Source of the DNA: Candidatus Omnitrophota bacterium
GTDB lineage: Bacteria > Omnitrophota > Gorgyraeia > Gygaellales > Profunditerraquicolaceae
Assembly (NCBI GenBank): GCA_049517335.1
Contig: JBEKSD010000001.1
Coordinates: forward strand, 1-64,000
DNA length: 64,000 nucleotides
Reading direction: 5' to 3'
Shown here one piece after another: positions 1 to 10,060 of this stretch. How positions within the stretch are numbered: the stretch's first letter is position 1; each line of letters opens with the position of its first letter. Position numbers and translations under genes: made by a program. The notes below the pieces were generated by a model that did not search any database, had not been told where the DNA came from, and worked only from the letters and a program-made list of their open reading frames with translations.

Positions 1-198
1 TCTCATGATACTTTGAAAGGGCTTTCTTTTATACTGTATATCTTATATTTAAGCACAAGTATTTAACCAAATCCCAAAAAAACGAACGTTAATTTAGTTG
101 AACTGGATAAAAACTGGGGTGAACCCCTCTGTCTATAATCTTAGGTTAGACTAAATTGATAGGATTCAGTATAAACATATTTGTGCTCAAGATGCCCC

Positions 199-222
199 TT
201 TCACCACCAATTTCACCACCAA
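199..222. repeat. Perfect 12-bp tandem direct repeat TTTCACCACCAA x2
   Basis: Read directly at 199-210 and 211-222 in non-coding DNA. Confidence 0.85.
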
Positions 223-425
223 AAATCATCTATTTCTCCTTTGTGATATTTATTTTTCTCTCCCCGAGGCTTTCTTAAGCTCTTCAAGGAGCGCCTCTCT
301 TCAGCCCACAATTTGAAAGCGTTTTCCGAAATACCTAAAATCAATCTTTAAACCTGCCGATTATAGATTATACTTCATCGTAATTATAATAACTATTTTA
401 CGCGCAACAGGAGGAAAACGGTAAA

Positions 426-788
426 ATGGACAAAGTGAAAATTTTATTGGTTGATGATGACGTTGAGCTATGCGGAGAGCTTGCAGAGATACTGGAATTG
501 GAGGGCTACCATGTGAACAGGACATCAAATAGTTACGAGGGTAAAGCGCTCATTAACCAGAATATCCATGATATTGTCATGTTGGATTATAAAATGCCGG
601 GTTTAAGCGGTGTTGATTTGATAAAGGAAATAATAAATAATAAGTTGCAATGCAAGGTTCTCGTAATCTCAGGGAATTCTTCTATTGATGCCATACTAAA
701 AGAGGAGGGCTTATCCGGTTCAATAGACGGGGTCATAATTAAGCCCTACAATGTTGATAATTTACTCCAGAAGCTCAAAGAACTATAA
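426..788 (+). CDS. Single-domain response regulator (receiver)
   Basis: LLVDDD acidic pocket, phospho-acceptor MLDYKMP, IIKP; SD AGGAGG upstream. Confidence 0.9.
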   Translation: MDKVKILLVDDDVELCGELAEILELEGYHVNRTSNSYEGKALINQNIHDIVMLDYKMPGLSGVDLIKEIINNKLQCKVLVISGNSSIDAILKEEGLSGSIDGVIIKPYNVDNLLQKLKEL

Positions 789-829
789 TAAAACACCCGC
801 ATTTGACATTAATGAATGCGGGTGTTTTA
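789..829. terminator. Bidirectional intrinsic terminator between convergent receiver and csp genes
   Basis: TAAAACACCCGCATT ... AATGCGGGTGTTTTA 15-bp inverted repeat with A/T tails. Confidence 0.85.
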
Positions 830-846
830 GTTTTTAGAGGATTAAT

Positions 847-1047
847 TTATATTTTAGTTACGTTGGTTGCCTGTTCGCCTTTGGGCCCCTGCGTAACTTC
901 AAATTCTACCTCATCACCTTCCGCCAGAGATTTGTAGCCATCACCCTTGATCGCGCTAAAATGGACGAATATATCCTTGCCGTCTTCAGAAGTGACAAAG
1001 CCGTAACCCTTCTGGTTTGAGAACCACTTTACTTTACCTTTTGCCAT
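847..1047 (-). CDS. cspA: Cold-shock protein (CspA family)
   Basis: GKVKWF, KGYGFV (RNP1), DIFVHFSAI (RNP2), 66 aa; SD GAGGAGG. Confidence 0.97.
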   Translation of the reverse strand: MAKGKVKWFSNQKGYGFVTSEDGKDIFVHFSAIKGDGYKSLAEGDEVEFEVTQGPKGEQATNVTKI

Positions 1048-1242
1048 TTTCTACTGATTCACCTCCTCAATGAACCCACCAAGGTTTCTGGCGGGCGAAT
1101 TGGCCCTAAACACAACACTAGTGAGGGGCCTTCCAACAAAAAACCGCAAAGCTTTTTTAGAGTCTCTTGCACTTTTTAAGCTTTACGGTTTGTACCCTTA
1201 AACAATTTCTTTGTTTCTCCTTAAACTAATTGCAATGAAAAT

Positions 1243-1291
1243 ATTATATCAGTCATATTTGTTTTGTCAATATTTATTTTTCTGGTATAAT
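1243..1291. promoter_or_regulatory. Overlapping divergent sigma70-type promoters for csp (-) and tRNA-Thr/MFS (+)
   Basis: Minus strand TTGACA-16-TATAAT (1270 to 1243); plus strand TTGTCA(1264)-16-TATAAT(1286-1291) with extended -10 TG. Confidence 0.7.
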
Positions 1292-1306
1292 CAAATCCGT
1301 CGTATT

Positions 1307-1379
1307 GCTGGCGTAGCTCAGTTGGTAGAGCAGGACTTTCGTAAAGTCAAGGTCGGAGGTTCAACTCCTCTCGCCAGCT
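1307..1379 (+). tRNA. tRNA-Thr(CGT), CCA not encoded
   Basis: Cloverleaf GCTGGCG/CGCCAGC, D arm GCTC/GAGC, anticodon loop TT-CGT-AA, T loop TTCAACT. Confidence 0.93.
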
Positions 1380-1404
1380 TTTTTTAAAGCCCCGACAGGT
1401 TAAT

Positions 1405-2658
1405 ATGCCTAAAATAAGAGGTCTCCTTAAAAACCGCAACTTTTTCCTTCTCTGGCTCGGTCAGATTATTTCCCAGCTGGGGGACAGGCTCGACCAGATG
1501 GCCTTAATTGCCTTTGTCTATCTGCGCTCTCCGGGCTCTACCATGCAGATTGCCAAGATTCTTTCTTTTACCATTATCCCCGTTTTCCTGATAGGACCGA
1601 TTGCGGGAGTTTATGTGGACAGATGGGAGAGGAGGCGCCTGATGTACGTCTGCGATATCCTGCGCGCGCTGTTAGTCTTTACTATCCCGTTTTTTCTTTT
1701 CTATTCCCGTAATATCGTACCGATATACATCATTGTTTTCGTAGTCTTCTCAATCGGAAGGTTCTTTGTCCCGGCAAAACTTGCTATCATCCCGGATTTA
1801 GTTGAGAAAAAAGACCTACTTTTGGCTAATTCTTTGGTGAATACCACCGGAATGATCGCCGCGGTGCTTGGTTTTGGCGTAAGCGGGGTGCTGGTTGAAT
1901 GGCTGGGGGCAAAGAGCGGATTTTACCTTGATTCTTTAAGTTTTTTCATTTCAGGTCTAATGATATTCTTTATCGTTAAGAAATTAAAGCCTCCGGCAGC
2001 TCTTAAGAAGGTGAGCGAAAACATCGTAGAGGCAATAAATAAATCGGTCTTTCAGGAAATAAAAGAGGGAATTTTATATTTTATCCATAAAAAAGACATA
2101 AGGTTTACCGCCGGCATAATGTTCGTGCTGTGGTCTGCGCTGGGAGCGGTTTATGTAGTCTTAATCGTCTTTGTGCAGAAAACCCTCCATTCGGCTACGA
2201 AAGACCTCGGGCTCCTGATTATGTTTCTGGGTATGGGTCTATTTATAGGCTCCATCTTTTACGGCAAGTTCGGCCAGAGGATATCGCATTATAGGGCTAT
2301 ATTCGCTTCGTTGACTTTAAGCGGGCTTATGCTCATAATTTTTGCGCTGGCAATAAACCATTTCCACAGTTTTCCCCAAGCCGCTGTTTTGGCCCTGATG
2401 TTTGGTATTTTAATCTCGCCGATTATGATCGCCTCCAATACGATTATTCATAACGCTAGCGTTAATGAAATGATGGGCAAGATTTTTAGTTCCCTTGAAA
2501 TAGTGATGCATTTGGGGTTTATTTTGTTTATGTTTGTAAGCAGTTTACTGGCGGAACGGTTATCGCATTTGTGGATTCTGATCTTTGTCGGGTGTATCTT
2601 TAGTATTCTGGGGACAATAAGCCTTATCTATCACAGGAGAATATCATGGTTGGATTAA
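1405..2658 (+). CDS. MFS transporter (DHA3/H+ antiporter-like)
   Basis: About 12 TM segments, NFFLLWLGQIISQLGD N-terminus, motif A GVYVDRWERR. Confidence 0.88.
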   Translation: MPKIRGLLKNRNFFLLWLGQIISQLGDRLDQMALIAFVYLRSPGSTMQIAKILSFTIIPVFLIGPIAGVYVDRWERRRLMYVCDILRALLVFTIPFFLFYSRNIVPIYIIVFVVFSIGRFFVPAKLAIIPDLVEKKDLLLANSLVNTTGMIAAVLGFGVSGVLVEWLGAKSGFYLDSLSFFISGLMIFFIVKKLKPPAALKKVSENIVEAINKSVFQEIKEGILYFIHKKDIRFTAGIMFVLWSALGAVYVVLIVFVQKTLHSATKDLGLLIMFLGMGLFIGSIFYGKFGQRISHYRAIFASLTLSGLMLIIFALAINHFHSFPQAAVLALMFGILISPIMIASNTIIHNASVNEMMGKIFSSLEIVMHLGFILFMFVSSLLAERLSHLWILIFVGCIFSILGTISLIYHRRISWLD

Positions 2659-3257
2659 AGAATATCGCTGTTTTCGCTTCAGGATATGGAAGTAATTTTT
2701 TGGCGATTGCTTCCGCGATAAAAAGCAGGAAGATACGCGCTAAGCTTACATTGTTGGTTTGTGATAACCCAAAAGCGCCTGTTTTGGAGAAAGCGAAGAA
2801 AGCGAAGGTTAAGGCGGTTTTAGTGCTCAGGGATGAATTCTTAAGCAGGAAAGATTTTGAGGCTAAAATAAGCGAGTATTTAAAGGAAAATAATATTGAT
2901 TTAATAGTCTTAGCCGGCTTTATGCGCATATTGAGCGCTGAATTTGTTAATGAGTATAGGGGCCGCATTATTAATATTCATCCTTCGCTTCTTCCCGCTT
3001 TTAAGGGGGAGGGGGGAATAAAAGATGCATTTGAGTATGGGGTTAAGGTTACCGGGGTGACGGTGCATTTTGTCGATGAACAGATGGACCACGGCCCGAT
3101 AATCCTGCAGCAGGCTATTTTGATAGGCGATAAAGATACTCTGGAGAGCTTAGAAGCCAAGATACATAAGCTAGAGCATAAATTGTACCCTGAGGCCATA
3201 AAATTGTTTGTGGAAGGTAAATTAGAAATAGAAGTAAGAAGGGTTAATTGGTTGTAG
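2646..3257 (+). CDS. purN: Phosphoribosylglycinamide formyltransferase
   Basis: ASGYGSN, LAGFMRIL, NIHPSLLP, GVTVHFVD..MDHGPII. Confidence 0.97.
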   Translation: MVGLKNIAVFASGYGSNFLAIASAIKSRKIRAKLTLLVCDNPKAPVLEKAKKAKVKAVLVLRDEFLSRKDFEAKISEYLKENNIDLIVLAGFMRILSAEFVNEYRGRIINIHPSLLPAFKGEGGIKDAFEYGVKVTGVTVHFVDEQMDHGPIILQQAILIGDKDTLESLEAKIHKLEHKLYPEAIKLFVEGKLEIEVRRVNWL

Positions 3258-4137
3258 TTGATAAAACCGCGGTTTTATTCAGTATAACTTTGTTTTTAAT
3301 AAAGAGGTTATTTATTTCAAGTTCTTCAAAATTCCTATAATTGTAGGCTTTAATAGTATAAACCGCAATTTTTAATACCTCCTTGTCGATATCCATATTT
3401 TTTGTAGCCTCGGGCTTCTGGAATCTTAGCTTCATTCTGTATTTAATTTGAGCGGCAATAAAATCATCCATTGTTATATCTTTGAGGATAAGGTGTGTTC
3501 CTTCTTCGTCTCCTATAATGGCCTGATTAATCTTTATTTCCTGAATCGAACGGTGCTGGTATTCCGTAACCGACATTAAACCGTAAGAAAACTTTTTTAG
3601 GTCCAGATAATACGCTAGTTCCTCAATTTCAAAACCATTTTTAATGTCAGCGGAGACTACGCAGTAAAATTGCGGCTCTTTTTGATTGACTCTGTCCGTG
3701 CTGAAAACCACTCTTCTTAAAACGCTCCAGATTTTATTGATTTTTTCCCCGACTTTTTTATTGGATTTGTATTCCTGCGTTTCTTCTTTGGGCGGTATGG
3801 CTTTTATGAGATAATCTATCTTAAAATTATTACCGAGAGGCTCTATTTGAGTGAGTTCCGTCAGGAATATGGATGTACTTTTTTCCGGTTTATCCGTTCT
3901 TTCAACGATATCCTCAGTAGGAAAATATATCCAAAGAGTTGAGCCGAGTAGCGTGACCTTTACCTTAATATTGTATTCTTTTCTACAGATATCGGTTATC
4001 GCTTGTTCAATATTTTCTTTTTGGAAGGTAGGCTTTGTGGAAGAAGAACAGCCGAAAGAGGATAAAAAGAGGGTTATTATTAAACTACACAGCGCGGCTT
4101 TTACCGAACTCTTTAAAGATAGCCTCGATTTCATCAT
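3244..4137 (-). CDS. Hypothetical lipoprotein
   Basis: Basic N-terminus, hydrophobic stretch, lipobox-like SFGC; overlaps the end of the FtsH-like gene. Confidence 0.7.
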   Translation of the reverse strand: MMKSRLSLKSSVKAALCSLIITLFLSSFGCSSSTKPTFQKENIEQAITDICRKEYNIKVKVTLLGSTLWIYFPTEDIVERTDKPEKSTSIFLTELTQIEPLGNNFKIDYLIKAIPPKEETQEYKSNKKVGEKINKIWSVLRRVVFSTDRVNQKEPQFYCVVSADIKNGFEIEELAYYLDLKKFSYGLMSVTEYQHRSIQEIKINQAIIGDEEGTHLILKDITMDDFIAAQIKYRMKLRFQKPEATKNMDIDKEVLKIAVYTIKAYNYRNFEELEINNLFIKNKVILNKTAVLSTTTN

Positions 4138-5767
4138 AGTTTAATTCCTCTTTTGCTACCAGATCTTTAGCTATCCGATCCAGAAGGGCTTCTTCTCTGC
4201 GTAGGACTTCGTTTACTTCTTTAAGGCAGGTGTTCAATATATCCTGGACGTCATTATCGAGCCGCATTTTAGTATCTTCCGAGATAAGCGGTGCTGCGCC
4301 GGATCTCCTGAAAGCGTCAAGTGCGTGGAAGTCTCCGATTATTCCCGATTTACCCATACCCATGCGCCAGGCCATATTATGTGCAATAAAGAGGGCGTTG
4401 GCAAAATCCCCACCGGCAACCCCGGAGGTAGTAAAGCCGAGTTTTATCTTTTCAGCGGCGTAAGAACCGAGAGAAATCTTTATTTCATTTAAAAGCTGTT
4501 TTTGGTCTTCAATCAAAACTTCCTCATGTTCAGGGATCCAGGTTGCGCCACCCGTGTGCCCGCGCGGAGTTATGGTTATCTTGAAAACATCTTTTGAAGG
4601 GACTAAAAGATAAGTAATGATTGCGTGACCTGCTTCATGGTAAGCAACCTGCCATTTTTCTTTTTCGCTTATCTTTATCCTGCGTTTAATGCCTAAGGCA
4701 ATTCTTTCCCGCGCATCGTCAATATCTTTCATTGCTACAACTTGTCTTTTATTTCGTACGGCAATAAGCGTTGATTCTCTTACGATGTTGGAGATATCAG
4801 CCGGAGTATTTCCTACGGTAATACGTGCAAGGCGGTCAATTTTTACGTTTTCCGGATCGTATTTTACTTTTTTAAGATAATATTCAAAAAGTTTCTCTCT
4901 ATCTTCCAGATTAGGCTTGTCCACATAAATTTTACGGTCGAACCTTCCCGGTCGCAGAAGGGCGGCGTCCATGAAATTTTCCGGCATATTGGTTGCGCCG
5001 ATGATGATAATATTTAAATCTTTTTCTTTTAAGCCGTCCATCTCAACCAATAGCTGGTTTAAGGTGGTGTTGGTTTCGGTTTGCCCTCCGAAACCGCTAT
5101 CGCTTGCTCTTTGTGCGCCCACCGCGTCAATTTCATCAATAAATATAATGCATCCGCCGTGAAGCTCTGCTAATTGGCGTGCATTTTTAAATAGGCTGCG
5201 TATTCTGCCAGCACCTACGCCCACGAACATCTCTACGAATTCCGAGCCAGACATGGATATAAAGGGGAGTTTTGACTCGGTGGCAATGGCTTTGGCAAGG
5301 TAGGTTTTACCGCAGCCTGGAGGCCCGAGCATTAAGAGGCCTCTTAAGATCTTTCCGCCGATACGCTGTAATTCTGCGCGGTCGGTAATGAGTTTTACCA
5401 CTTCAAAAGCTTCCTGTTTTGCTTCGTCCATCCCGATAACATCATTCCAGGTGATTCCTATAGTATCCCCGGCGATAGATTTTTTAGAGGTTTGCGAAAA
5501 TGACTGGGCTCCTTTCTTAAACATCAGCCAATACCATAGGTAGGTATAGACTAAGCCGAATATAATCGCCATGATTATCTGTAAATATAACTGCAGGGGG
5601 ATCATGGCCATCTGCGACTGCCTGAGGTAAGATTCGGATTCGTTCCAGGCGTGGATGCCTTTGATGATAAAATAAATAAGGGATGTTAATAGCAGGGTTG
5701 CGCCGAAGATAACCAGGATTTTAGTCCAGTAAAGTCTTAAGTAGAATTTAACTTTTTTCCAGTTCAT
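4085..5767 (-). CDS. ftsH: FtsH-family AAA+ zinc metalloprotease
   Basis: 2 N-terminal TMs, Walker A GPPGCGKT, FVG pore loop, Walker B IFIDEID, SRH RPGRFDR, HEAGH. Confidence 0.9.
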   Translation of the reverse strand: MNWKKVKFYLRLYWTKILVIFGATLLLTSLIYFIIKGIHAWNESESYLRQSQMAMIPLQLYLQIIMAIIFGLVYTYLWYWLMFKKGAQSFSQTSKKSIAGDTIGITWNDVIGMDEAKQEAFEVVKLITDRAELQRIGGKILRGLLMLGPPGCGKTYLAKAIATESKLPFISMSGSEFVEMFVGVGAGRIRSLFKNARQLAELHGGCIIFIDEIDAVGAQRASDSGFGGQTETNTTLNQLLVEMDGLKEKDLNIIIIGATNMPENFMDAALLRPGRFDRKIYVDKPNLEDREKLFEYYLKKVKYDPENVKIDRLARITVGNTPADISNIVRESTLIAVRNKRQVVAMKDIDDARERIALGIKRRIKISEKEKWQVAYHEAGHAIITYLLVPSKDVFKITITPRGHTGGATWIPEHEEVLIEDQKQLLNEIKISLGSYAAEKIKLGFTTSGVAGGDFANALFIAHNMAWRMGMGKSGIIGDFHALDAFRRSGAAPLISEDTKMRLDNDVQDILNTCLKEVNEVLRREEALLDRIAKDLVAKEELNYDEIEAIFKEFGKSRAV

Positions 5768-5856
5768 CGCTTCTCCTTAAAAGGCTGTTTAATAGAAAAT
5801 AACATATTAGCCCTATTAAGTCAAGCGCGAATTAATTCTTGTCCTCCCAGATTCTC

Positions 5857-5884
5857 TTGACTAAGTATCTTTTGCGGGTATAAT
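5857..5884 (+). promoter_or_regulatory. Sigma70-type promoter of eno
   Basis: TTGACT-16-TATAAT upstream of SD AAGGAG. Confidence 0.6.
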
Positions 5885-5895
5885 TATAACTCTAA

Positions 5896-7187
<1,292 letters not shown>

Positions 7188-7188
<1 letters not shown>

Positions 7189-7469
7189 TGTTCTCTTCCC
7201 TGAAAAAGGCATTTTGGCTCTTTGGAATTTCGGTTTTTCTGTTGATTTTATTTTTCCCGGGTTACGCCAAGCTCCAGCGGTTAAGAGAGAAGAATAAGGA
7301 GCTTGAAGTAAAATTGAAGAAAGTAAACATAGATAACGCGCTTCTGGCGCAGGAGCTTGAACGCGTTCAGAATGACCCGGTTTATCAGGAAAAGATCGCC
7401 CGGGACAAAATGGGGATTGTGCGTAAAGGCGAAATCCCCATTAAGATAGTCTCTGGGAAGAAAAGATAA
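7188..7469 (+). CDS. ftsB: Septum formation initiator (FtsB/DivIC family)
   Basis: TM plus coiled coil plus EKIARDKMGIVRKGE; conserved eno-ftsB synteny. Confidence 0.85.
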
Positions 7470-7531
7470 ATACAAATACGCGTATTTGTGCTACAATAAA
7501 TAGGTAAGTCGCTCTTTAATTATAAAAATAT

Positions 7532-7608
7532 CGCGGGGTGGAGCAGCCTGGTAGCTCGCAAGGCTCATAACCTTGAGGTCCTGAGTTCAAATCTCAGCCC
7601 CGCAACCA
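7532..7608 (+). tRNA. Initiator tRNA-fMet(CAT) with encoded CCA
   Basis: CGCGGGG acceptor with C1:A72 mismatch, loop CT-CAT-AA, TTCAAAT T loop, 3' ACCA. Confidence 0.96.
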
Positions 7609-7647
7609 GATATATCTCTCAAAATTTAGAATGAGAGATAACTTAAA

Positions 7648-7680
7648 CCCTGACTAGCGATGCTAATCAGGGCTATTTTT
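7648..7680 (+). terminator. Intrinsic terminator after tRNA-fMet
   Basis: CCCTGACTAGC/GCTAATCAGGG stem followed by CTATTTTT. Confidence 0.7.
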
Positions 7681-7742
7681 ATGCTTTGACATGTTAAAGA
7701 TTGGGTTACCAAAATAAGCGGATTTTTACTTGTATAATTAAC

Positions 7743-7770
7743 TAGACAAAGTTATTTTTTGTGCTACACT
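7743..7770 (+). promoter_or_regulatory. Putative promoter of the kdp leader
   Basis: TAGACA-16-TACACT with extended -10 TG, just 5' of the riboswitch. Confidence 0.55.
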
Positions 7771-7776
7771 TAACTT

Positions 7777-7950
7777 AATAATAAACGCTTAATCTTTTTT
7801 TAGTTTCAAAATAAGATTGTAAAGACTAAAAAGATAGCGGGGGAACCAAGAGCACGATTTTTCAATAATCTTGGGGCGGATATCCTGCAATTGCGGATTA
7901 AGGTTACTCAACCCGAGCCCGACAGCTAACCTCGTAAGCTAAATAAGAGG
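7777..7950 (+). ncRNA. c-di-AMP riboswitch (ydaO/yuaA class)
   Basis: Hallmarks in order: GCTTAATC, GCGGGGGAACC, TTGGGGCGGAT, AACCCGAGCCCGACAGCTAACCTCGTAAGC; lies upstream of a K+ uptake operon. Confidence 0.92.
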
Positions 7951-7956
7951 AATGTG

Positions 7957-7986
7957 CCAGAGAAACCATTCTCTGGTTTATTTTTT
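7957..7986 (+). terminator. Riboswitch expression-platform terminator
   Basis: CCAGAGAA-ACCA-TTCTCTGG followed by TTTATTTTTT. Confidence 0.8.
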
Positions 7987-7996
7987 GACATCAAAT

Positions 7997-8086
7997 ATGA
8001 AAGAAAAAGTTTATTGGATTGGAGTTGTTGTTTGTGGTGTACTAATGCTGTATCTTTTTATCGGTTTTTACCTAAGCCGGCACTAA
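7997..8086 (+). CDS. 29-aa hydrophobic KdpF-like peptide MKEKVYWIGVVVCGVLMLYLFIGFYLSRH
   Basis: Manual translation; single TM; shares YWIG with KdpF; weak SD. Confidence 0.5.
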   Translation: MKEKVYWIGVVVCGVLMLYLFIGFYLSRH

Positions 8087-8122
8087 GAATGTTATGCCTA
8101 ATAACGAAAGATTGAGGCAGTA

Positions 8123-8203
8123 ATGGACATTTTAATAATAGCAATAATACTTATTATTACACTAGCCTCTTTTGCTTTTATTACCCTTTGCTCTAAAGTT
8201 TAA
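8123..8203 (+). CDS. 26-aa hydrophobic peptide MDILIIAIILIITLASFAFITLCSKV (kdp-associated, KdpZ-like)
   Basis: Manual translation; SD GAGG; stop overlaps the SD of kdpF. Confidence 0.65.
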   Translation: MDILIIAIILIITLASFAFITLCSKV

Positions 8204-8214
8204 GGAGGAATCTT

Positions 8215-8307
8215 ATGGCAATTATTTATTGGATTGGGGGAATTATTGCTATTTTCTTATTTGCTTATCTATTGGTAGCTCTTCTTAAGTCGGAGATATT
8301 CTCATGA
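8215..8307 (+). CDS. kdpF: K+-transporting ATPase subunit [31 protein letters not shown]
   Basis: Strong SD AAGGAGG, YL..AL...E.F pattern, ATGA overlap with kdpA. Confidence 0.88.
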   Translation: MAIIYWIGGIIAIFLFAYLLVALLKSEIFS

Positions 8308-10049
8308 ACTGGAACAATTTTATTCAAAGCTTTATATTTATTTTTGCGACGTTTTTTTTAGTCAAGCCACTCGGGATTTATATGGCTCGTATATATACAG
8401 GTAAGAAGACTGGCCTTAATGTATGGTTCGCGCCTGTAGAAAAATTGACCTATCAACTCTCGGGTATTGATCCTGAAAAAGAGATGTCGTGGAAGCAATA
8501 CGCTTTTGCTGTGATGTTGTTTAATATTATAGGTATAATAATAGTTTACGCGATTGAGCGTTTTCAAGCGCACCTTCCTTTAAACCCTATGTCTATGCCG
8601 TCCGTAACGCCAGATTTGGCTTTCAATACAGCAGTAAGTTTTGCTAGTAATACGAATTGGCAAAGTTATGGCGGCGAAACGACTTTGAGTTATTTTACCC
8701 AAATGGTGGCGTTGACCGTGCAAAACTTTCTTTCCGCAGCTACAGGTATGGCAGTGCTAGTGGCTTTTATTAGAGGATTCATTCAAAAACAGCTAAATAC
8801 TATCGGCAATTTCTGGGTCGATCTAGTCAGATCAACTCTCTATATTCTTATTCCACTATCGATAATTCTGGCTTTGCTTCTTGTCTCACAGGGAGTCGTG
8901 CAGACTTTTGGACCCAGCATAAAAGCCACTCTGCTACAACAAACCAAAGACACGGATGGGAAGACTATCACAGAACAAATAATTGCTGTTGGCCCGGTTG
9001 CTTCACAACTCGCTATCAAACAATTAGGAAGTAACGGTGGAGGTTTTTTTAACGTTAATTCCGCCCACCCTATTGAAAATCCCACGCCTTTGTCGAACTT
9101 TCTGGAAGTACTCGCGATAATATTAATACCGGCAGTTTTATGTTATACCTTTGGCTATATGGTTAAGGATAGGCGCCAGGGGTGGGCTATTCTTGTAGCG
9201 ATGTTCATTATCTTTGTCCCATGCCTTTGGGTATGCATGCATTTTGAGCAAGGCGGCAATCCTCTTATTGATAAATTAGGCATTAACCAACACGCAAGTG
9301 TTCTCCAGCCAGGTGGTAATATGGAAGGAAAAGAAGCCCGTTTCGGGATCGCGAATTCCGTCATCTGGGCAACTACTACAACCGCTGTAGCTAACGGCTC
9401 AGTCAATTCAATGCACGACTCTTATATGCCTCTCGGAGGTTTAATACCGATGTGGCTTATGCAGTTAGGAGAGGTTGTATTTGGTGGTGTAGGATGCGGT
9501 TTGTATGGAATGCTTGCATTTGTAATAGTAGCTGTTTTTATAGCTGGTCTTATGATTGGGCGTACTCCTGAATATTTAGGTAAAAAGATAGAATCTTACG
9601 AAATGAAAATGGCCGCACTCATACTTTTAATCCCGCATATGTTCGTCCTTACGGGGACAGCTTTAGGGGTTGTCTTGCCGCAAGTAAAATCGGCTATTTT
9701 CAATCCCGGGCCACACGGTTTGAGCGAAGTGCTTTATGCTTTTTCTTCCTGCGGAAATAATAACGGAAGCGCCTTCGCAGGCCTTTCGACAAATAATCTC
9801 TTCTACAATATAGCTTTAGCCATGGCGATGTTCTTCGCGCGTTACTGGCTTATTATTCCGACGCTTGCGATTGCGGGTTCACTTTCTAAGAAAAAAATTG
9901 TACCTGTAAACCAAGGAACATTGCCTACGCATATTCCACTTTTTATTCTATTTTTGGTTATGGTTGTTTTGATTGTGGGAGCGCTTACATTTTTTCCTGC
10001 GCTTGCCTTGGGTCCAATCGTTGAACATTTAATGATGCATCATATTTAA
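8304..10049 (+). CDS. kdpA: K+-transporting ATPase subunit A
   Basis: [41 protein letters not shown]. Confidence 0.98.
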   Translation: MNWNNFIQSFIFIFATFFLVKPLGIYMARIYTGKKTGLNVWFAPVEKLTYQLSGIDPEKEMSWKQYAFAVMLFNIIGIIIVYAIERFQAHLPLNPMSMPSVTPDLAFNTAVSFASNTNWQSYGGETTLSYFTQMVALTVQNFLSAATGMAVLVAFIRGFIQKQLNTIGNFWVDLVRSTLYILIPLSIILALLLVSQGVVQTFGPSIKATLLQQTKDTDGKTITEQIIAVGPVASQLAIKQLGSNGGGFFNVNSAHPIENPTPLSNFLEVLAIILIPAVLCYTFGYMVKDRRQGWAILVAMFIIFVPCLWVCMHFEQGGNPLIDKLGINQHASVLQPGGNMEGKEARFGIANSVIWATTTTAVANGSVNSMHDSYMPLGGLIPMWLMQLGEVVFGGVGCGLYGMLAFVIVAVFIAGLMIGRTPEYLGKKIESYEMKMAALILLIPHMFVLTGTALGVVLPQVKSAIFNPGPHGLSEVLYAFSSCGNNNGSAFAGLSTNNLFYNIALAMAMFFARYWLIIPTLAIAGSLSKKKIVPVNQGTLPTHIPLFILFLVMVVLIVGALTFFPALALGPIVEHLMMHHI

Positions 10050-10060
10050 AAGAGGTATCT

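Noticed and set aside
1108-1123. NrdR-box-like ACACAACACTAGTG
   Set aside because: Wrong length, single copy and not near a ribonucleotide reductase gene.
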